Below the pieces are notes generated by a model that searched no databases, was not told the origin of the DNA, and worked only from the letters and a program-made list of their open reading frames with translations. A stretch of 64,000 nucleotides of DNA from assembly GCA_003221005.1 (NCBI GenBank), contig QHTZ01000067.1:43417-107416 (forward strand), in the 5' to 3' direction. A program made the position numbers and the translations under genes. Positions 57,333 to 64,000 of this stretch are shown in pieces. This DNA is from Gemmatimonadota bacterium (GTDB lineage: Bacteria > Gemmatimonadota > Gemmatimonadetes > Gemmatimonadales > GWC2-71-9). Every line of letters starts with the position of its first letter. Position 1 is the stretch's first letter.

Positions 57333-58502
57333 ATGAGCAAGTTCTCCTCGGGAGGGGCCGTGAAAATCCTTGACAGTCAGTGGCGAAGGAGGGTGCGCGT
57401 CGGCGCCACGGCGGCGCTCGCCCTGTTCTTGGGCGCGTGCGGCCGCAGGGGGCAAGCGCCGGCGTTCCCGCCTCCAGAAGTGGCGGTGGTGGTCGTACAG
57501 CCGAGCACGGTCCCCGAGTCCTACGAGTTCAGCGCCGAGGTGGCGCCGTACCGTCGTGTCGAGGTTCGCGCCCGGGTGGATGGCATCATCCAGGAGCGGG
57601 CCTTCACCGAGGGAGCCGTTGTCGAGCCGGGACAGGTGCTCTACCGCCTGGATCGCGTTCGCTACGACGCGTCATACCGAGCCGCGCTGGCACGGTTCGC
57701 GAACGCCAAGCGGACGCTCGAGCGGCTCGAGCCGCTGCTGGGGCAGCACGCGGTCGCGCAGCAGGACGTGGACAATGCACGGTCCGAGTACGAAGCGTCC
57801 CAGGCCGCCCTGGAGCAGGTGAAGAAGGACCTCGACGACACCGACGTGCGCGCCGAGATCCCGGGGCGTGTGGGGCGGACCGAGCTCGACGTCGGCGCCC
57901 GGGTGACCGGACCGGCCGACCTGCTGACGACGATCGACCGGCTGGATCCCGTCTACGTGTCCTTCCGGCCGTCTTCCGCGCAGCTCCTCGCCTGGCATCA
58001 GAACGTCCGAGCACGCGCCCTGATCCACCCGGGGAGTGCGCTCGCGGTGCAGGTCGAGTTACCCGACGGCTCGGTGCTGCCGCGGACCGGCCGGCTCGAC
58101 TTCGTCGCGCCGGCGCTCGACCCCGCCACGGGGACGCAGGAATTCCGGGCCCTCTTCTCGAACCCCGATCGGCTCCTCATGCCGGGGCAGTTCGTGCGGG
58201 CCGTGCTGGTGGGCTTCGCGCGGGAGAGCGCGCTCGCCGTGCCGCTGCGCGCGGTGCAATCGGGCCTCGGCCGGCAATTCGTGTACGTGGTGGGTGTGGG
58301 GGACACGGCCAAGATGCGAGACGTCCAGCCGGGGCCCTGGAGCGGGCGCCTCTGGATCATCGATCGGGGGTTGAACGCGGGCGATCGCGTGGTGGTCGAT
58401 GGCGTCCAGAAGGTGATCCCCGGGCGCCCGGTGCGGCCCGTGCCGCTCGCGGACTCGGCGTCAGCCGCATCGCGGGCGCAGCCCCCGGGGCCCGGGCGAT
58501 GA
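57333..58502 (+). CDS. RND efflux periplasmic adaptor (AcrA/MexA-like)
   Basis: Lipobox 'LGAC'; 'VEVRARVDG'; 'LMPGQFVR'. Confidence 0.92.
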   Translation: MSKFSSGGAVKILDSQWRRRVRVGATAALALFLGACGRRGQAPAFPPPEVAVVVVQPSTVPESYEFSAEVAPYRRVEVRARVDGIIQERAFTEGAVVEPGQVLYRLDRVRYDASYRAALARFANAKRTLERLEPLLGQHAVAQQDVDNARSEYEASQAALEQVKKDLDDTDVRAEIPGRVGRTELDVGARVTGPADLLTTIDRLDPVYVSFRPSSAQLLAWHQNVRARALIHPGSALAVQVELPDGSVLPRTGRLDFVAPALDPATGTQEFRALFSNPDRLLMPGQFVRAVLVGFARESALAVPLRAVQSGLGRQFVYVVGVGDTAKMRDVQPGPWSGRLWIIDRGLNAGDRVVVDGVQKVIPGRPVRPVPLADSASAASRAQPPGPGR

Positions 58503-61500
58503 GCGCCGCGCCGCCGCCCGCCGGGCCGCCGCCCGAGATCCGGTACCTCTTCATCCGCCGGCCCGTGCTTGCCGGCGTGATCTCCATCGTCATCACGCTG
58601 CTCGGGGGCTTCGCGATCCGGCTCCTGCCCCTGTCGCGGTATCCGCAAATCGCGCCTCCCGCGGTCCAGGTCGCGGCGGCGTATCCGGGCGCGACGGCCC
58701 AGGACGTCGCCGACGCCGTCGCGGCACCAATCGAAGAGCAGCTCTCCGGGTTACAGGGACTGCTGTACTACTCGTCGGCCAACGCGAGCGACGGCACCAT
58801 GGGTCTCGCGATCTCCTTCGACGTGACCCGCAGCCAGGACCTGGCGGCGGTGGACGTGCAAAACGCCGTCCAGGTCGCCGTCCCCCAGCTGCCCGACGCG
58901 GTGCGGCAGAACGGCGTCGTGATCCTCAAGGCCAACACGGACATCCTGGCGGTCGTGGCGCTCTCGTCCAGCGATCCCCGGTACGATGCGTCGTACCTCA
59001 CGAACTACCTGAAGCTCTTCGTCGAGGACGAGCTCAAGCGCGTCCCGGGAATCGGGAACGCGCTGACGTTCGGCGGGCTCCAGTTCTCGATGCTGCTGCA
59101 GCTCGATCCGGCGCGCATGGCGAAGCTGGGCGTCACGGTCGGCGACGTGGCGACCGCCGTGCGGGAGCAGAACGCGACGAACCCCGCCGGGCGCATCGGG
59201 CGCGAGCCCGCGCCCCCCGGTACCGAGTTGACGATCCCGGTGACGACGCTGGGCCGGCTCCAGACGCCCGACCAGTTCAACGACATCGTGGTGCGCGCCA
59301 AGGCGGACGGCTCGCTCCTGCGCGTGCGGGACATCGGGCGAGCGGTGCTCGGCGCGCAGAGCTATGACTTCGCCGGCCGGCTCAATGGCAAGCCGACCGC
59401 CTTCATGCTGCTGTACCTGCGGCCGGGGGCGAACGCGATCGCCGTGCGGAACGCCGTGCAACGGCGCCTGGACGAGCTGTCACGCGGTTTCCCGCCCGGG
59501 ATCAGCGCGGTCATTCCGTTCGACACCACACCGTTCGTGACGGCGTCGATCAAGGAGGTCGTCTTCACGCTGCTCGAGGCGATGGCGCTCGTGTCCCTCG
59601 TCGTCTTCGTCTTCCTCCAGAGCTGGCGCGCCACGCTCATCCCGATGCTCGCGGTGCCGGTGAGCGTGATCGGCACCTTCCTCGGATTGCTCGTGATCGG
59701 CTTCTCAATCAACGTGCTCACCCTCTTCGCGCTCGTGCTGGCGATCGGAATCGTGGTGGACGACGCGATCGTGGTGATCGAGAACGTCGAGCGCATCATG
59801 GCGACCGAGGACGTACCTGCGCGGATCGCGGCGGATCGCGCGATTCGACAGGTCGCCGGGGCGCTGATCGCCATCGTGCTCTCCCTCGTCGCCGTGTTCG
59901 TACCGGTGGCGTTCACCGGCGGCGTCACCGGGGAGATGTTCAAGCAGTTCGCGATCACGATCGTCATCGCCGTGGTGTTGTCGGGCCTCGTGGCCCTGAC
60001 GCTGACGCCCGCGCTGTGCGCCCTGCTCCTCAAGGAGGCGGTGGAGGCCCACACGGGCGGCTTCTTCGGCGCATTCAACCGCTGGTTCGCGCGGGTGACC
60101 GGAGGCTATGTCGGCGCCGTGGATCGCGTGCTCGGCCGCCCCCGCGCCTGGCTCGGCGCCGTGGCCGTCCTCGTGATCCTCGCGGGAGTGTTGTGGCGCC
60201 GGGTCCCGACCGCGTTCATTCCCAGCGAGGACAAGGGCTACTTCGCCATGGCGCTGCAGCTCCCCGACGCGGCCTCGTTACAGCGGACCCAGGCGGTGAT
60301 CGAGCGCGTGGAGGGGTTCCTGCGACAGGAGCCCGCGATTCGAAACATCGTCGCGCTCGCCGGCTTCGACCTCTTGAGCCGGGCGAGCCAGCCCAACAGC
60401 GCCACCATCTTCGTCAACGTAAGGCCGTGGGAGGAGCGCGGCCCCGGCCAGTCGATCGACGCCATCACCGGCCGCATCAACGGCCGCCTCTTCGGCATGC
60501 GGGACGCGATGGGCTTCGCCTTCAACCTCCCCGAGATCCCCGGCCTCGGCGCCACCTCCGGGGTCGAGGCGCAGCTCCAGAATCGTGGCGGCCTCCCGGT
60601 GCAGGACTTCGCGCGCGAGGTGCAGGCGTTCGTCCAGGCGGCGAACCAGCTTCCCGCGGTGCTGGGCGTGAACGCCAATTTCCGGGCTAACGTGCCGCAG
60701 CTGTACGTGGACGTGGACCGCGCCGCCGCCAAAGCACGCGGCGTGAAGCTGGGCGACGTCTTCGGAACGCTCCAGGCGCTCATGTCCACCCTCTATGTCA
60801 ACGACTTCAACCTCTACGGCCGGACGTATCGCGTGCAGATCGAGGCGCAGGCACCCTACCGCCAGACCCCGGAGGACCTGGGGCAGCTGTACGTGCGTGG
60901 CAGCAACGACGCCATGATGCCGATCTCGGCGCTCACGCGCACGCAGTTCAAGAGCGGCCCCACCGTGCTCACCCGGTTCAACGGCTTCACGTCCGCCCTG
61001 ATCACCGGCGTGCCGCGGCCGGGCCACAGCTCGGGTGAGATGATGAACCAGCTCGACGGCCTGATCCGCAGCCGCTTTGCGGCGGAGGGGCTCGGCATTT
61101 CCTACTCCGGGCAGTCGTACCAGGAGCGGGCTTCGAGCGGCGCGGCGGGGCTCGTGTTTGCGCTCGGGCTCGTCATCGTGTTCCTGGTGCTCGCGGCGCA
61201 GTACGAGAGCTGGTCGCTCCCGTTCGCCGTGCTGTTCGGCGTTCCCTTCGGCGTGCTGGGCGCGTTCCTCGGGATCTGGCTGCGGGGCCAGCCGAGCGAC
61301 ATCTACTTCCAGGTCGGCCTCATCACGGTGGTGGGGCTGGCTGCGAAAAACGCGATCTTGATCGTGGAATTCGCGACCGAGCTCCGCAGTCAGGGGGTCC
61401 CCATCCGCCAGGCGGCCGTCCAGGCGGCGCGACAGCGGCTGCGCCCGATTCTGATGACCTCCTTCGCCTTCATCCTCGGCGTGTCGCCGCTGGTGGTGGC

Positions 61501-61672
61501 GGGGGGCGCCGGCGCCGCCAGCCGCCACTCGATCGGCACCACGGTGTTCTCAGGGATGCTCATCGCCACGACGGTCGGGATCTTCTTCATCCCGCTGTTC
61601 TTCACGCTGATCCGCCGCCTCGCCGAGCGCGGCCGCGCGGAGACGCCGAGCGCCGTGGAGGGGAGACCATGA
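58499..61672 (+). CDS. RND efflux permease (AcrB/MexB-like, HAE1)
   Basis: 'FIRRPVLA', 'GIVVDDAIVVIENVER', 'KNAILIVEFA', 'RLRPILMTS'. Confidence 0.95.
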   Translation: MSAAPPPAGPPPEIRYLFIRRPVLAGVISIVITLLGGFAIRLLPLSRYPQIAPPAVQVAAAYPGATAQDVADAVAAPIEEQLSGLQGLLYYSSANASDGTMGLAISFDVTRSQDLAAVDVQNAVQVAVPQLPDAVRQNGVVILKANTDILAVVALSSSDPRYDASYLTNYLKLFVEDELKRVPGIGNALTFGGLQFSMLLQLDPARMAKLGVTVGDVATAVREQNATNPAGRIGREPAPPGTELTIPVTTLGRLQTPDQFNDIVVRAKADGSLLRVRDIGRAVLGAQSYDFAGRLNGKPTAFMLLYLRPGANAIAVRNAVQRRLDELSRGFPPGISAVIPFDTTPFVTASIKEVVFTLLEAMALVSLVVFVFLQSWRATLIPMLAVPVSVIGTFLGLLVIGFSINVLTLFALVLAIGIVVDDAIVVIENVERIMATEDVPARIAADRAIRQVAGALIAIVLSLVAVFVPVAFTGGVTGEMFKQFAITIVIAVVLSGLVALTLTPALCALLLKEAVEAHTGGFFGAFNRWFARVTGGYVGAVDRVLGRPRAWLGAVAVLVILAGVLWRRVPTAFIPSEDKGYFAMALQLPDAASLQRTQAVIERVEGFLRQEPAIRNIVALAGFDLLSRASQPNSATIFVNVRPWEERGPGQSIDAITGRINGRLFGMRDAMGFAFNLPEIPGLGATSGVEAQLQNRGGLPVQDFAREVQAFVQAANQLPAVLGVNANFRANVPQLYVDVDRAAAKARGVKLGDVFGTLQALMSTLYVNDFNLYGRTYRVQIEAQAPYRQTPEDLGQLYVRGSNDAMMPISALTRTQFKSGPTVLTRFNGFTSALITGVPRPGHSSGEMMNQLDGLIRSRFAAEGLGISYSGQSYQERASSGAAGLVFALGLVIVFLVLAAQYESWSLPFAVLFGVPFGVLGAFLGIWLRGQPSDIYFQVGLITVVGLAAKNAILIVEFATELRSQGVPIRQAAVQAARQRLRPILMTSFAFILGVSPLVVAGGAGAASRHSIGTTVFSGMLIATTVGIFFIPLFFTLIRRLAERGRAETPSAVEGRP

Positions 61673-63165
61673 AGCCGCGCATCGCCGCCGTGGCGTTTAC
61701 CCTGGGACTCGCCGGCTGCGCGGTGGGGCCCGGCTATCACCCGGCGCAGGTCGTGCCCGCGACGACCCGGGTGGGTGCCGGGAGTCGCTCGGACTCGGCG
61801 CGCGCGTTCTTCGACTCGCTCGCAGCCGCCCGCGCGGCGGACAGCGCGCGGCCCGTGCCCCCCGCCCTCCCACCGCGAGCCCTGGCGACGGATTCGATCG
61901 CGGACCTCGCCTGGCTCGACATCCTGCGCGACTCGGCCCTCACCCGCCTCGTGGCAACCGCGCTCCGGCAGAACCGCGACCTGGCGCTCGCCCGCGCGCG
62001 CATCCGCGAGTACCGCGCCGCAGCGGGCGTGGCGCGCAGCCCCCTGTTCCCGAGCCTCGCGCTCAACGGGAGCACCAGCACGAACAAGATCGCGCTCGGC
62101 TCGTTCGCACCGGTCTCGTATCACGCGTGGCGCGTCACGGCCGATGTCGCGTGGGAGCTCGACTTCTGGGGCGGAACGCGGCGCGGCCTGCAGGCGGCGC
62201 AGGCGGACCTGAGCGCGCAGGAGGCGGCGGCGCGGGCGGTCGTCCTGTCCCTCGTGAGCGACGTGGCGAGCGGATACCTCCAGCTGCTGGAGCTGGACCA
62301 AGAGCGGGCGGTGGCGGAGCGCACACTCGCGACTCGCGGGGTGACCCTGGACCTCGCGCGGCAGCGATACGCGCGTGGCGTGATTTCCGAGCTCGACGTG
62401 CGGCAGTTCGAGGCGCAGGTCGCCGTCCCGGCGGCGCGGCTCGCCCAGGTCGAGCAGCAGCGCGCCCAGGAGGAGCACGCGCTCAATGTGCTGCTCGGCG
62501 CCGCGCCGGCGACGATCGTGCGGGGCACGTCGCTCGCCCAGGCGGTGCGCGCGGTGATCGTGCCTGACTCGCTTCCGGGGACGCTGCTCGAGCGGCGGCC
62601 GGACGTGCGGGAAGCGGAGCGGGCATATGCGGCGGCGACCGCCCGCGTCGGCGTCGCGGACGCGGCACGGCTCCCGAAGATCACGATCATCGGCTCCTCG
62701 GGCTCGCAGGCTGCCACCAGCGGCGGCCTGTTCACCTCGCAGACCGACGTTTATCAGCTTCAGGCAGGGGTCTCGATCCCGCTGTTCACCGGGGGCAAGC
62801 TGATCAACGTGGCGCGGGCGGCGCGTGCGCGGGCGGAGGAGGCTCGGGCGGCGTACGAGCAGACGGCCCTCACGGCCCTGCGTGAGGCGGGTGACGCGCT
62901 CGCCGGCGTGCGCGCGGCGCGGGATCAGGTGGCGGCGCAGGACACCCAGGCCAAGGCGCTGCGACGCGCGTTGCAGCTCGCCGAGGCGCGCTATCGGGCC
63001 GGCGTCGCCAACTATCTCGAAGTCCTCGACTCGCAGCGCAGCCTGTTCGAGGCCGAGCTGGCGCTGAGCCAGGCGCAGCTGCTGCAACTCACCGCCGCCG
63101 TGCAGCTGTACAAGGCCCTGGGCGGCAGCTGGTCCGGCGACGGGGAGGGGGCGGAAACCCGCTGA
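61669..63165 (+). CDS. RND outer-membrane factor (OprM/NodT-like)
   Basis: 'GCAVGPGY', 'WELDFWG', 'LYKALGGSW'. Confidence 0.93.
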   Translation: MKPRIAAVAFTLGLAGCAVGPGYHPAQVVPATTRVGAGSRSDSARAFFDSLAAARAADSARPVPPALPPRALATDSIADLAWLDILRDSALTRLVATALRQNRDLALARARIREYRAAAGVARSPLFPSLALNGSTSTNKIALGSFAPVSYHAWRVTADVAWELDFWGGTRRGLQAAQADLSAQEAAARAVVLSLVSDVASGYLQLLELDQERAVAERTLATRGVTLDLARQRYARGVISELDVRQFEAQVAVPAARLAQVEQQRAQEEHALNVLLGAAPATIVRGTSLAQAVRAVIVPDSLPGTLLERRPDVREAERAYAAATARVGVADAARLPKITIIGSSGSQAATSGGLFTSQTDVYQLQAGVSIPLFTGGKLINVARAARARAEEARAAYEQTALTALREAGDALAGVRAARDQVAAQDTQAKALRRALQLAEARYRAGVANYLEVLDSQRSLFEAELALSQAQLLQLTAAVQLYKALGGSWSGDGEGAETR

Positions 63166-63250
63166 CCGTGCGGTCGCGCGCTCTATTGGGTGCGACCTGT
63201 TAGATTGGCTCATCAGCCGGTCGCAGCCAACCTCCGTGGAAGGATCCCGA

Positions 63251-63973
63251 ATGACGTCGTCGCTGCCCTCGAAACAACCCTCCAGCGTCGGTGAGCTGCT
63301 GCGCCGGCGTCTCCGGGAGGTCAACCGCTCGCGGGATGAACTCGCCGAGGTCCTCGAAGTCCCCGGGGCGTACCTCGACGACCTGATCAGCGGCGCCCGC
63401 CGACCACCGCTGCCCGGACGCACGGACATCTACCAGAAGATGACATCCTTTCTGCGGCTCGGTCGCAACGATCTCGCCGCGTGCGCGCACGCGGAACGCG
63501 CCGACGCGACGCGGGGAGAGGCGCCCGCTCCTGAGCCCGGGGTCCGGCGCCTGTTGCTGGAACTGTGTGAGCCCGGGACGGCGCAGGTGCTCGAGCGGCG
63601 CCGGGTGCGGCAGGGGAGCGCCGAGCTCGCCGGCTTCATTCAGCGCCTCCTCGACGTGACCCAGGGAGCCGTACGGCGGCTGCTCGATGATCAGATCACG
63701 CTGCGCCTGGCAGCCGGCGCGCGCGGTACCACCTACCTGGAGCTGCGCCTCAACGTGCTCGAGTTCCTGGACGCCACGCCCGACACGCTCACGACTGACG
63801 ACCTGACTGAGTTCGTCCAGCCGCGGATCGCGCGCTGGGACGTGAACCTCGAGACCGGCGTCTTGTGGGTGGCGCTGCGCGGGCACGAGCCGCGGGAACG
63901 CGGGCGCGGCCGCGCGCCGGGGCGCAGGGCGACCGGCGGCTCGCCGGCAGGGGATGATGGACTAGGCCCATGA
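63251..63973 (+). CDS. hypothetical protein with an N-terminal XRE-like HTH
   Basis: 'SRDELAEVLEVPGAYLDDLISGARRPP'. Confidence 0.6.
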   Translation: MTSSLPSKQPSSVGELLRRRLREVNRSRDELAEVLEVPGAYLDDLISGARRPPLPGRTDIYQKMTSFLRLGRNDLAACAHAERADATRGEAPAPEPGVRRLLLELCEPGTAQVLERRRVRQGSAELAGFIQRLLDVTQGAVRRLLDDQITLRLAAGARGTTYLELRLNVLEFLDATPDTLTTDDLTEFVQPRIARWDVNLETGVLWVALRGHEPRERGRGRAPGRRATGGSPAGDDGLGP

Positions 63974-64000
63974 CCGCTGTGGCTGGCGACTTTCGGACCC

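Noticed and set aside
1-64000. CRISPR arrays, tRNA/rRNA genes, IS elements, prophage genes
   Set aside because: I saw no regularly spaced repeats, RNA gene signatures, transposase, integrase or phage motifs by eye. A tRNAscan/Infernal run would be needed to exclude RNA genes fully.

Overview
High-GC bacterial DNA; a Gemmatimonadota-like origin is my inference from gene content, not shown directly. The window holds about 65 CDSs and no rRNA, tRNA, CRISPR array or transposase that I can support. Main blocks: (1) a glycolipid-type operon at 1-3.3 kb; (2) an ~18 kb tailoring island at 7.3-25.8 kb with four cobalamin-dependent radical SAM enzymes, a SPASM/Twitch radical SAM, three methyltransferases, three glycosyltransferases, a GNAT, a PIG-L deacetylase, an HprK-like kinase, an SGNH hydrolase, a sulfotransferase and a decayed carbamoyltransferase; (3) msrAB and a two-component system, both with internal deletions; (4) assorted envelope genes; (5) the standout feature, a candidate new RiPP system at 40.0-47.5 kb; (6) arsM, rpsU-csp, a c-di-GMP module, dps, nadBAC and an RND efflux operon. 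The RiPP candidate consists of an unannotated 30-aa precursor (MQIVETQELVPTCHRPEVVETSELQPTCHS, two 15-aa repeats ending in PTCH, with its own sigma70 promoter and RBS). It is followed by an aldo-keto reductase with an RRE-like tail, a divergent DUF692/MNIO enzyme and an MNIO partner protein. These are transcribed divergently from an atypical EgtD-family methyltransferase, a betaine/ergothioneine-type ABC transporter and an MFS transporter.
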